A stretch of 64,000 bases of DNA, from the NCBI RefSeq assembly GCF_028641065.1, contig NC_073405.1, forward strand, positions 4,464,001 through 4,528,000. Reading direction: 5' to 3'. The position numbers were made by a program, and so were the translations under genes. The notes beneath the pieces are model-generated. The model was not told where the DNA came from. It worked only from the letters and a program-made list of their open reading frames with translations, and did no database searches. Every line of letters starts with the position of its first letter. Position 1 is the stretch's first letter. The DNA comes from Leucoraja erinacea. Taxonomy: Eukaryota. Below, in pieces: positions 1 to 12,519 of the stretch.

Positions 1-197
1 TTGCAGATTCTTCATTTCCAATAAAAAATGATATGTTTAAAAAAACACCATCTGAACTTGCATTTCCCAAAACCCTGTTTTGTTTTTTTTAAGTGATAAA
101 AACAAATCACCGACTTTTAGGGCTAAATCAAGAGCACGCAGTGAGAGTACAGCAGCTTGCACCCAAATCAGGTAACCCAATGACTAGCCAAATTGAG

Positions 198-258
198 CTG
201 AAATTTATAAACCAGACACCAGTAAAGTGTCTGAAATTTTTAAACCAGACACCAGTAA
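198..258. repeat. 33-bp-period tandem duplication
   Basis: ctgaaattt(a/t)taaaccagacaccagtaa occurs at 198 and again at 231. Confidence 0.9.
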
Positions 259-498
259 GAATCACATTCCCTCCCTTCTCGTTCAAACTATCCAGTCCCA
301 TCACTACTCGCAGATCAGTACCCTCCCTTTCGAAGAAACCAACGGCAAGAAAGTGAATACATCTGCTTATTGGCTGGTCCTCCAAAGCTCGTAACTCAAA
401 AAACATGTGGAACAGCTCCAATTAATCGAACGTGCTCTGCATTGCAATTCGGGTTCGCAGCGCAGTTAACAGATGCAATCCTATTTTTCTTTAAAACT

Positions 499-542
499 TT
501 TTACTCTGAGCACATTCCTATTTTACTCTGAGCACATTCCTA
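499..542. repeat. perfect 22-bp tandem duplication
   Basis: ttttactctgagcacattccta x2 (499-520, 521-542). Confidence 0.95.
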
Positions 543-3539
543 TCCTGACGATCACGTACTAACATTTTGTACAGGTACTTCCATCGCACCCCATCCACCA
601 AATCAGAAAAAGCAAGGCGGAGCCGCATTTCACCACGCTTCCTGAAATAGCGTGATCTCCCTGACATCATAACCACAAACCAGTCAAAGCACAGATGGCA
701 TTTAAAATGGGTATATTCAAAAGGAAATGGGTTTCATATGTACAGTGGGATCTCTTCGAAATGCACGGTGGACGTTTTAAGGAAACCATGCAACGTACGA
801 AGTTATTATTTTGGCTAAACTGATCTAGCCTTACCAATCGTGTCTTGCATTCACATTTCAAAATAAAAATCCCGATCGATGGGCGCGGCAATTTTGTTTT
901 TCTAAAAACATCGTCGTAATCGAACGCAAAACCAGCATACAGCTTTATGATGGAACTCCAGTAAGGTTCCGTGAATTTGACTCAACTGGTCACGATAAAA
1001 TCGAGTGTAAAAACAGTTTAAGTCGTGAACGCGAGTTGTCCATTGTTCAATCCAGCGCGTAAATTTTGGGTGGGATCAATCGTTACTCAGCGTCAGATCT
1101 GGAGCACAAAGAATAAGGCGTCGACGAATACACATTAAGATCGAACCCCAGCCTAGTTGTGAGAAATGAAGAGATGCGTCTGGGTGTCCAAAGAGCCATA
1201 GAAACAAATAGTTTTTTAATACATTTGACAATAAAACAACTACTCAATCTCCAAATGTGAATGGTATTCTCATATGGTGAAATGAAATCCAGGCATTCGA
1301 GCTCAACAGATGTGCCTCAACAATGGAAATGAAATTATACCGCCATTTTGAGTAATAATCCACCGAAGCAGATTCCACAAATCCCACCAATAACTACAGC
1401 ATCGAAGGAACTATAACTTCATAAAGTATTATTCCATGTATAAGACAAATACAATTAAATCATTCTACAAAAAATGAAATCGCACAGGGTTTAACTAACA
1501 CCCATTATTTTTATTGATTAGAAATAGGAGATTAATTAGTTTGCGAATAACACCTTATAATAATTTATCCTTCCAAGTACATTCAGGCCTCCTTGTGGAT
1601 TACTGTACCATTAAGAGGATAGACAAATATTTGGGTTTCCGCACAAAGACGGCAATATTTGTCAGTACTTGGGCTACATTTTATCAATCCACATTTCTCT
1701 TTTCTCCAGGAGGAATTTTAAATGCATCTGCCATTGGAACACAAGTTATATTTTTAGCAATGTAAGCGCAGGAATTTACAGCCCAAAACTGGATCACCAT
1801 GCAGAATAAACCATACATTTTGCTCTCTTTGCCAAATTCAACTTTTGTTAATTCCGAGTTTCTAGCCACACCCCAAGAGTCCGCCTTTTAATTTTGGAGT
1901 CATGTCGCCAAAAAAAAAAATCATGTGAAGCTATATAGACAACTTTTTAAAATATTTGCAAAAACACCAATTAGAAGCACAAGCCAAAACCATGACATTC
2001 GACCAAACTACACGTCGTTTTGATGTTATGCGTTCTCTTAAAAGCAGTGTGAAGATTTGGATATCCCATTTGATCGTGGACCACCTTGGCCACAACAAAT
2101 CCGAATATTAGAATAGCCAGAGAAAATGATTGTTTAAAATAGTTGACTTTAGCTTAACACCACAAACCACAAGGACAAAAAAATACACCAAAATACACCA
2201 AGCCAAAAATCAATTCCACGTGTTCAGAAGCAATCACTAATTTGCTTGGGGAATCAACTTCAATTGATAGTACACCACCTCTAGCATGACATGAAATACC
2301 AGAATTCAACACATCGCCTCATAACACTAACAGGCAGAAAAAATCTGCTTATCCTCTAAACATTTGTCCATGAACTGTAACAATTTAACACAGCAAAAAA
2401 AAAAAAACCTGCTAACCTTTGACCCCCCCCCCCACGTTTTACAGGCTTTGTACCAAAAGGCACTCCTTCACTACAGCCCAAGTACTGACCAAATGCAATT
2501 AAAAAAGTCAAAATGAAACGCTGTTTGATAAAGTGACTTTACAAGACTAGTCCAGCGTAATAACAGACGGTTTCATCGCTTGCGCATCCTATAAATAAGC
2601 GTTCATTGTAATACTGTTGCATTCCAGAAATATTTTTCTTCATTGTAAAATATTCGAGTATACTGTGTGATAGATACTATGCCTCCCCACTAAATATTAA
2701 ATGACAGAAAATATATTCACGCTTGAGTGAATATCTGAGTTTGTGTTGCACGCTTGACTTTTCACTGAACTTTTTAACCATTATCAGAATTGCAGAATGA
2801 TTTGCAAGTGGCCATTCGTACTGTATTCTCACGGATACTTAAGAAATAATATTACATGCAGAGGCAACCGGCAGGTAGCTCGACACAGGGCTAAAGATCA
2901 GCCACTTAAGGCGGCTGTGAATGGAAGAGGGGGGGAGAGATTGTGCCGAGCCGCAACTTCTGGAGACAAAATTAAAGCTCTGGTTAAAGGCAGGAGACCT
3001 AGTTAATCACCTACGAAACAAAGTAGCATAGATAATTGTCTAATGGAGAAATTGCAATCAAGCATCAAGGGCAACTAGCCACATCTGTCACTCGATTTAC
3101 GGTACACAGATACGAGAAAATAAAAACATTACACACTTGACCAAGCAGATAAAAGTAGATCAACAAACACTTGAGTAAAGTGTTACAAATTATACCACAA
3201 CTGGTAAAACATTACTGCCGGATTGGGGGGAAAACTATGTTTGATGACTGAATTTACTCAAGACGATTAGATCCCACATGTTAAACCAATAACGTAAACA
3301 GCGTTTCTTTTAAGGCAAAAAGGGGCCACTCATTCCTAAAATAATTGGAAACAGGTGAAAATGGAAGAGTCCTCGAAAAATGCACAGGCAATTAAACAAC
3401 TATACACTTAATAAAGTTGGACATTATCCACCCCACTGGCCGTACTATCTAGTATAAATACGGCAAAGATGTATATATTTTTACATGCACACGTGGATTA
3501 ATTGTACAAGCTGTCAGCCCAATGAACAAAGTACTTTAC

Positions 3540-3889
3540 TTTTTGGTCAGCTCATCCAGTTCTGTTTTGGTCTTGCCCAACTCAATCTGCAACTTCGCCT
3601 TTTCGCGGGCCGTCTCGTCCAGCAACCTCCTGGCGTCCGCCAACTCAGTCTCGTAAATGGACTTAATGCCGGTCAACTCCCTGGTCGTTACCTCTTCCTT
3701 CTCGGAGATCTTCAGCTGCAGCACGCTATTCTCGGACTCGAGCGAGCGCACTTTGTCGATGTAGGTAGCCAGGCGGTCATTGAGGTTCTTCAGCTCCTCT
3801 TTCTCCTGAATGCGAGTGATCCGAGTCGGGCTCAGAGGCGTTTGGGCCGCGCTGCCCCGGGACGGTTTCTGGGCCGGAGTAGCTGACAT
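3540..3889 (-). CDS. LMNB2: B-type lamin (lamin B2) coding exon 1: head, coil 1A and start of coil 1B
   Basis: gccATG start. Protein has the TPLSPTR CDK1 site, the IF motif [16 protein letters not shown] and the LMNB2-type [11 protein letters not shown]. 350 nt ending in phase 2 at donor AA|gtaaag, the usual lamin exon-1 phase. The lamin call is certain; B2 versus B1 rests on diagnostic residues and neighbouring genes. Confidence 0.88.
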
Positions 3890-4019
3890 GGCAACAAAAA
3901 ATCTATTTTTTTTTCTCTCCCCCTTACAAATCGCCGGTATTTGCCAATTTAATTACAAGCTCGGACGCGTACCGGTCAGCAACTCCAACCGCCACCAACC
4001 CCCTTTTATTCAATGAACT

Positions 4020-4410
4020 AGAAAATGGCGCCGCTCTCATGCGGGCCTCGCCGAGTGAAACACAGTGGCTGCCGGGACTTGTAGTCCTACTCATCCCGCC
4101 TTTATAAATATTTAATCAGGGGGTGAGCAATCGGTTCCCTACACCACAGTGCACGGAGGCAGACTTATAAATATAGCAATACCAAGTGCATTTGTTCGTT
4201 ACGGTATATTCTTTAATACATGTGTCGAAAGGTTCGAGAGTTTGTGGACTACAAACGCCAGCACCCTTTGTCCGGGGACTTGGCGCCGCTCCTGTTGCCC
4301 GCCAACAGAGCCGATTGGCCCAGTGGCCAACGGTTATCTGTCAGTCACGTGTGGCCCCGCCTCCGGGCGGCGGTTCCGCGCGTTTTTTAAATTTTGGCGC
4401 CGCCCGAGGA
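4020..4410. promoter_or_regulatory. CpG-rich LMNB2 promoter
   Basis: YY1-like AAAATGGCG (~4022); ACTAYRnnnCCCR (ZNF143/THAP11-type) motif ggactacaagtcccggc on minus at 4071-4087; ATTGG/CCAAT ~4314; USF E-box GTCACGTG 4344-4351; GC box ~4365; E2F-like TTTTGGCGC ~4391. Confidence 0.75.
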
Positions 4411-5675
4411 ACTGCGATCTAGTATTTTTTTTTCTGAGAACAGTCTGAGGGAGGGAAGCCGTCAACGTCAACAAGAGAGACCAGTTGGCAAAAGACAATA
4501 TCAGATTAGGAAACGAAACCAAGTATGGAGAGAGAAAAAAAACAATCATACCCCTGGAGAAAATATTATTGACTGTAAACATGTGCCGCCACCTCGTTGT
4601 CACACAGAGTTTTCACTTTTAAATCCGTACATTTCGAACATCTCCTTTCCTACGCAGAGACAAAATTCATTTTAACGCCAGGTACTATTATATATTTCTT
4701 CCAAATTCGCCTTACTACGTTTAATTCTCCATCATGGTACTTAATATTACAGGAAACACTTTTTCTCACAGAGAGTTGTGAGTCTGGAATTCTCTGCCTC
4801 AGTGGCCGGTTCTCTGGATACTTTCAAGAGAGAGTTAGATAGGGCTCTTAAAGAAAGCTGTCAATGTTACTGTGTGATTTGATGACAAGGGACACACATT
4901 TAAAGTAATAGACCAAAGATGCTCAGAGAAAGAGTAATAATGATCAGGAACTCACTGTAATTGAAACCAAGTCAATAGGATTTTTTTTTAAAGAATTAAA
5001 TGGATACTTCGTGCAAATAATTTGCAGAGTCGCAGGGAAAGGGAACAACCAAATCTCAGTTCTGACAGAGTCTCTGCCCTGAAATGTTGACTCTTTTTTC
5101 TCATCCCACGGACGTGGCCTGACGTTCCCACAGATGTGGCCCGACTTGCTGATGCCATCGTTCTCTGTTTTTGTTTTAGATTTCCACCATCTTTTATTTT
5201 TGAATGGCTGGTTGCTCTACACAGACTTGATCGGTTAAATGGCTGCATTCACTGAGCTGTGATAAAATTAGGCCAGAATAATTATTGTTGAGTGACTTCC
5301 TCCCCGACTCTAGTAATCTCCAGAATGACCAATTAATTTAAATAATAAATTATTGCCTGCTAAATTAATTAAGTTCTCCATCTGGCATGTTGGGATTGGA
5401 ACATATACAGGCCTCTAGCACCTATCGTGTAAAGTGATAATGACTCAATGGAAAAACAAGCTCAAAATTAAGCAATTAAATGTTGAGATTATTGTGAATG
5501 GAAATACATTACCAGTCATTTTGTGTGATTTTGAATTATGAATCAGATGTGGGCATACAGGAAATGAATAATATCTTCCTGGACTCTGTCCCAAATTATA
5601 GATGTTTTACAAAAGCTATCGAAGTGAACAAGGTGCTCCAGTTCAGATGCAAAATGGTACAAATCTCACAACATA

Positions 5676-5945
5676 TTAGGAAGGAACTGCAGATGCTAGT
5701 TTAAACCGAAGATAGACACAAAAAGCTGGAGTAACTCAGCAGTTCAGAAAGCATTTAAGAAGGAACTGCAGATGCTGGAAAATTGAAGGTAGACTAAGAA
5801 TCGAAGGTAGCTCAGAAAGCATCCATGGAGAAAAGGAATAGGTGACGTTCTGAGGAAGGGGCCTTGTCCTGAAACATCACCTATTACTTTTCTTCAGAGA
5901 TGCTGCCTCACCCGCTGAGTTTCTCCAGCATTTTTGTCTACCTTC
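5676..5945. mobile_element. palindromic Penelope-like-derived short repeat (two nested/overlapping copies)
   Basis: aggaaggaactgcagatgct...gagtaactcagc arms with inverted ...gctgagtttctccagcatttttgtctacc; degenerate CTGAGGA...GAAACATC centre. Confidence 0.75.
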
Positions 5946-6731
5946 AATATATTGAAGTTTGCATCACTGATGTGCTAGATTGAGCAGAGATTAAATAATC
6001 ATATCAAATAGAATCTTCACCACAAATACTACATTTTGTGAGTATTTCCTTCACATCCATGCTCTTGTCCTTTTATCCTAGTTTTAACAGGACCTTCTAA
6101 TATGGAAATGGGAATGCTTTTCAGCCGATGAGCATTGCAGGGTTTAAAGTGCCCGGGATGACATTCTCATTGTAAGGTTGCTGTAGTGTCTGTTGTTTTT
6201 TTGTTGCTACCAGCATTAGTAAAGTAGCTCTAAAACAAGTTTTAAAAAGTAGCCTGCACATAAATCACTACTTTCATTTTCTGTTTTATTTTAAGTTTAA
6301 TAGTAATTTAGTTCATTAGTTAATTGGACTGCTTATTCCTGTGATGTATTGGACTGCGAGTGATGAATTAAATGTAATAAATGTTGTGTTGATTCTTGTT
6401 TCTTCGCTCCTGTACAGCTCAGTCCCATTATCAGTCTAGATAAAAAGTAATCAAGGAAAAAATGCTACATAAAGAGCCACCCTGACATTGAATTATCAAA
6501 TTATTGAGTAACACTGAACTAAATCATGCATGCAAACCACAATTTCACAACGTGTTACATCTTTGTGGGTGAAAAGTACTTTTGTCAGCTCTTCACTGAG
6601 AAACTCTGATTTTTGAATAGACTGTGGGTTTGAAAATGAAATCAACATGTCTTTCGCACTTCTTGACGTTTCACGGAAGGTTTTTAATCTAGAATTTAAA
6701 TATAAAGGCCACATGCCACATTGTCAACAAA

Positions 6732-7237
6732 ATAGAGAGAGTACAGAGGAGATTTACTAGAATGTTGCCTGGGTTTCAACAACTAAGTTACAGAGATAGG
6801 TTGAATAAGTTAGGTCTTTATTCTCTGGAGCGCAGAAGGTTAAGGGGGGACTTGATAGAGGTCTTTAAAATGATGAGAGGGATAGACAGAGTTGATGTGG
6901 ACAAGCTTTTCCCTTTGAGAATAGGGAAGATTCAAACAAGAGGACATGACTTCAGAATTAAGGGACAGAAGTTTAAGGGTAATATGAGGGGGAACTTCTT
7001 TACTCAGAGAGTGGTAGCGGTGTGGAATGAGCTTCCAGTGGAAGTGGTGGAGGCAGGTTCATTGGTATCATTTAAAAGTAAATTGGATAGGCATATGGAT
7101 GAGAAGGGAATGGAGGGTTATGGTATGAGTGCAGGCAGGTGGGACTAAGGGGAAAAAAAAAATTTGTTCGGCACGGACTTGTAGGGCCGAGATGGCCTGT
7201 TTCCGTGCTGTAATTGTTATATGGTTATATGGTTATG
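6732..7237 (+). mobile_element. CR1-clade LINE (HER1-like) 3' fragment
   Basis: ORF 6762-7148 LYSLERRRLRGDLIEVFKMMRGIDRVD...TRGH...FFTQRVVAVWNELP is a CR1 ORF2 C-terminus; (ATATGGTT)n tail. Confidence 0.9.
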
Positions 7238-9094
7238 TCATTTCTCAGATACTTGTATCTCCCTCTGAACTATGATCAAACTGCTGAACATCAAACTCTT
7301 CCAACTGTATTTTATGGGGTAAATTTGTTTCAATTCTCTTCTCTCTTTCCCCAACGTCCATGCACACAGCACCCCATGGTAACAATTCTATGCCCCTGGA
7401 TCTGTGAAATAGCAGCAGTGATCACAATGTCACCATGCTGCCCATTCTATAATGCATTTCGTTGTCTCTGTACTGTACACTGACAATGACAATTAAAATT
7501 GAATCTGAATCTGAATCTGATTGGCATGGTGCACTTCACTTCCAAGAGGTTTTCCATTGGAAAAAACTGGGAGGATTAAATGAGACATTGTTCAACCTAC
7601 ATTACAGGAACCAATTCAGTCATTGAGCTGAAATGTAGGTGCCTTTTGCACACATTCTCAGGCTGAACTCCAAGCTTCATTGATGTGTTCACTGATTTAA
7701 AAAAACAACACGAGGAAGGGGATTGGTTTCCTTGCAACCTCCCTGTAGTAATCAGACACCATTGTCGTTTAAGAACACAGCTGCTACTTTAACCTGAGGT
7801 GTTCATAGAAATTGACAGGCAATCACTCCTTTTGACACTTGTGTAATGATACTCTTAAACAATACTGCTTTTGAGCTTGCTGTAATAAAATCAACTTATT
7901 GCTTTTGAAGGTAGACAAAAATGCTGGAGAAACTCAGCGGGTGAGGCAGCATCTATGGAACGAAGGAATAGGTGACGTTTCGGGTTGAGACCTTCAGACT
8001 GAAAAGACATTTACTTTTGAAAATCCTGCAGAAAAAGTAATTTTGTTATTGTGAGTTAAAAACTCTAAACCCTTAACCCCTTCCCCCCCATTGACACAAT
8101 TGTTTTTATAATGCAATTTTCTATGAGGAGGTTCATATGAAAGCAACTTGCGTTTTAGCAGAACCATTTGTCCCCTAGTTATTGACTTATTTAGTTATTG
8201 TTTTCTTTAAAAGGTCCTTTCCCTTTTACTGTTTATACCTAATTTATATCTATAAACAGTTAACTACAATTAACTTCCCACTCCCCTCCTTCCCGCTTAG
8301 TCTTTGTTCCAAATCTCTACCCTTCTCGGTATTTAGATTCAAATTTGAAGGAGCCACTGGATCCCGGAACTCCCGTGCGGCAGCAAGGTTTAACTCTTTT
8401 CACTGAGGTGGAGTGAAAATAATGAGAGGAAAAGATAGAAAAAAAATGTAGGATTATATAAACATTCATGTCAAACGGTATTTCAAGTATGATGTATTTA
8501 GTTTGCAGCAACAACTCACTTTGATTTTAAATCATTAAATCTTTGAAAATGGTGATCTTGTTGAATTCCAAAGTCTGATTGCCAGTTTCTCCTAAAAAGG
8601 GAATGTTTATTGAAGAGATTCTTTAGTCTGCATAAAGTGCGCTTGTCATCCGCTTGTGGGCAGATTACACATTTTCTGTGTCAGTTGGACACGACCTGGC
8701 AAAAAGTTGCAAATTATATTTGTCAAAGGATATCATATCATATCATATCATATGGAAATTGTGTAAATCTACAAAATAATTTGTTTACAGTTTCTGATTT
8801 TTGGGTCGGGTGAACCATCCTGTTACACAAAATTGTTAACATCACTTTCATTTGACATGGTTATAATAAAGTATTATATTTTTCCTTGCTTGACTTCCTT
8901 TGCTGAAATTGTTCATCTTTAGTTTGACAAAATTAAATGGTTTCTTAATAATAAAGAAAGATTCAATATCCCTCGTCTCTAGTTTTACCATTAGACGTCT
9001 ATAGTATAAAATAGTGCATCTCATTTCCAAAAAAGAGTTCGGTGACAATAAAGTATTTTGGAATTTCCTGAAGCCATGAAAAGCCAAACACCTC

Positions 9095-10100
9095 AAGATC
9101 CAAGATGCAAGAGATTCAAGAGAATATTGTCATGTGTCCCAGATAGGACAATGAAATTCTTGCTCTTGCTTTGCTTCAGCACAACAGAATATAGTAGGCA
9201 TGAATACAGAACAGATCAGTGTGTCCATATACCATTATATAAATATATACACACATGAATAAATAAAACAGATAAAGTGCAAATAAACAGATAATGGGCT
9301 ATTAATGTTCAGAGTTTTGTTTGAGTTGAGTTTAATAACCTGATGGCTGTGGGGAAGTAGCTATTCCTGAACCTGTATGTTGCACTCTTCAGGCTCCTGT
9401 ACGTTCTATCTGAAGGTAGCAGGGAGATGAGTGTGTGGCCAGGATGGTGTGAGTCCTTGATGATGCTGCCAGCCTTTTTGAGGCAGCGACTGCGATAGAT
9501 CCCCTCGATGGTAGGGAGGTCAGAGCCGATGATGGACTGGGCAGTGTTTACTACTTTTTATAGTCTTTTCCGCTCCTGGGCGCTCAAGTTGCCGAACCAA
9601 GCCACGATGCAACCAGTCAGCATGCTCTCTACTGTGCACCTGTAGACGTTAGAGAGAGTCCTTCTTGACATACTGACTCTCCGTAATCTCAGGAAGTAGA
9701 GGCGCTGATGTGCTTTCTTTATAATTGCATCAGTGTTCTCGGACCAGGAGAGATCTTCAGAGATGTGCACGCCCAGGAATTTGAAGCTCTTGACCCTTTC
9801 CACCATTGACCAGTTGACATAAACGGGACTGTGGATCCCCATCCTACCTCTTCCAAAGTCCACAATCAGTTCCTTGGTTTTGCTGGTGTTGAGTGCCAGG
9901 TTATTGTGCTGGCACCATTTGGTCAGTCGGTCGATCTCTCTTCTATGCTCTGACTCCATCCCATCAGTGATACAGTACGTCCCACAACAGTGGTGTCGTC
10001 AGCGAAATTGATGATGGAGTTTGCACTATGACCAGCTACGCAATCATGAGTATAGAGTGAGTACAGCAGGGTGCTGAGCACGCAGCCTTGAGATGCTCCC
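9095..10100 (-). mobile_element. Rex1/Babar-type LINE fragment (RT C-terminal half and 3' UTR)
   Basis: Minus strand gives KFADDTT-like RT motif near 10000 and WCQHNNLALNTSKTKELIVDF...KKAHQRLYFLR; (TCTTGA)-like tail near 9100. Confidence 0.88.
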
Positions 10101-10189
10101 GTGCTTGGTTCTTGGTTACTTGGTCCTCCAAACTATTTCAACTAGAATTTAAACTGGAGGTGGTGAAGGGAGGGATTGCTGATTCAGAT

Positions 10190-10835
10190 TCAGATTCAGA
10201 TTCAATTTTAATTGTCATTGTCAGTGTACAGTACAGAGACAACGAAATGCATTTAGCATCTCCCTTGAAGAGCGACATAGCAAACGATTTGAATACAAAA
10301 AATAATAATAAGTGTCCGGGGGGGGGGGGTGGATTGGCAGTCACCGAGGTACGTTGTTTAGTAGAGTGACAGCGGCCGGAAAGAAGCTGTTCCTCGACCT
10401 GCTGGTTCGGCAACGGAGAGACCTGTAGCGCCTCCCGGATGGTAGGAGGGTAAACAGTCCATGGTTGGGGTGAGAGCAGTCCTTGGCGATGCTGAGCGCC
10501 CACCGCAGACAGCGCTTGCTTTGGACAGACTCAATGGAGGGGAGCGTGGAACCGGTGATGCGTTGGGCAATTTTCACCACCCTCTGCAATGCCTTCCGGT
10601 CGTTATCGAGGCTGACACCTTTATACCAATTCGAACAGTCTATGGTCTGTGAATGAGGAAGTCGAGGATCCAATTGCAGAAGGATGCGCAGAGACTCAGT
10701 TCTGCGAGTTTGGTAACCCGCTTGGAGGGCATGATTGTATTAAATGCTGAGCTGTAATCAATGAATAACAGCCTGACATATGAGATTTTGTTGTCCAAGT
10801 GATCCAGAGCGGAGTGGAGAGTCAGTGAGATCGCG
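10190..10835 (-). mobile_element. Rex1/Babar-type LINE fragment(s)
   Basis: LQRVVKIAQRITG...HPNHGLFTLLPSGRRYRSL...NSFFP; (GAATCT)n tail at 10180-10205; fused to an LFIDYSSAFNTI segment. Confidence 0.85.
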
Positions 10836-12519
10836 CCTATACACGTTCTTAACTAATATTGTTTGGCTAGAAGAATCAAGAAGCATCATGATCCAAAGCT
10901 GCTGTACAACCAGTCATGTTGGGAGAAATATGGTGACTGATCACTGTGGTTACTTTTGGTGTTAGAGAAATTTCAGGAATTCTAGAATTAGGTAGATAGA
11001 AGATATTCATTAAAGCAAGAACTAGTCTTCAAAATGGGATTAAAAAAAACTGTTCACAATGGCAATGATAATAGAAACATAGAAAATAGGTGCAGGAGTA
11101 GGCCATTCGGCCCTTCGAGCCTGCACTGCCATTCAATATGATCATAGCCGATCATAATGTCAGGCCATTAAAAACAATCATCAAGTGTGGGTCATTCTAA
11201 TTCTGTACAATTCTAAAAATGCTGGGAAGGCAGTAGATGAATTTTAATTGGCCATTTTTTAAACCATGTTGAGATCAGGGAAGATATTAGAGAAAAAGGT
11301 TTAAAGAAGGGTCAGACTTGTTTCTTTCCTCAGATGAGACCTGATCTGCTGAGGTGGTCATGCTAGTAACTATCTCTGTCTTGGACTGGTCTTATGGATT
11401 TCTGTATATTGGGGCACTATTGGAAGTACCAAAATGTACTTTTTCTGGGTAAGTGGAGGAGATAGATTCAGAATTTAGATAGAGAATGATGGCTTGGAGT
11501 TGGGTGGGTGAACAAGTTATCAAGGATTGGTAAGAGGCATCGTTCTACAAGAAGGATTGGGCTACAAGAAAGGTTGGGAGAATGAAGACAGTGGGGAATA
11601 CGGAGATCGTGACTTCTTTTGAAGGGAGGCCAGGGTCAGATGCAAAATCAGTAAAATGGGTAGACCAGACTTACACGCAATACTCCAGATGTGGTCCAAC
11701 CAACATCTTATAGAGTTGCGTCATGACTTCCTGTTACCACACGCCTTCTGTACCACCCTAACTACTTGTGTGGCCACTTTCAGTGAGCTGTGAACTTGGA
11801 CACCAAGAGCCATCTGCACATCAATGCTGTTTTATCAATTTTAACTCTCATCAAATTTAACTAAAAGTCTCTTACAAATTTACGAGCTGCAAGTAAAAAA
11901 AAAAGACAAAATCCTTTAAAGAAATTTAAAATTACATCTTAATCCTAGATGTTTTCATATTCTCATTTTGTGATTGAACAACCTGATACATTTTTAATTG
12001 CTCATTTGGTAATTCAAATGTAATCATGTATAGTCTTTCCACTGACTGGATAGCACGCACCAAAAAGCTTTTCACTGTACCTCGGTGCACGTGACACTGA
12101 ACTGAACTGAACTGAACTCGTCAAGCACCAGTCAATGTTCCACTAATAAGAAACATGAGCAAAAGTCTCACCCATTGTGTTTACTTGCATTGTGTCCAGT
12201 TCACCGTACCACTATAATCAACATCAGAATTAATTTGCCTTTCTTTACCTCACTCTTACAACCGCTGGCCTTGATATTCGCACAGTCTTCTTCTTTTCGA
12301 ATTTCATGCATAAATTGTGTGTATGTCTGAGTCTATGTGCCTGAGATGCTGCTGGAAGCAAGATTGTTCATTGTATCTGTACCTCATCATTCCCTTGCAT
12401 GGGATAATAAAAAAAGTTCCATTTGAATTTAAACTTGGATACCCATTTTTGTATTTCCGCATTGTTGTGGGTTTACGGCACAATTTAAAATGGGAAGTTA
12501 TTCGTGCCATATGAATATG

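Noticed and set aside
3485-3886. 133-aa plus-strand ORF
   Set aside because: Antisense shadow of the lamin exon; no independent coding signal
6107-6171. Hairpin (AAUGGGAAUG/CAUUCUCAUU) with AUGA...AAA...GA, considered as SECIS or pre-miRNA
   Set aside because: The 3' arm between AAA and GA is too short for SECIS helix 2, there is no selenoprotein context, and pairing is too interrupted for a pre-miRNA
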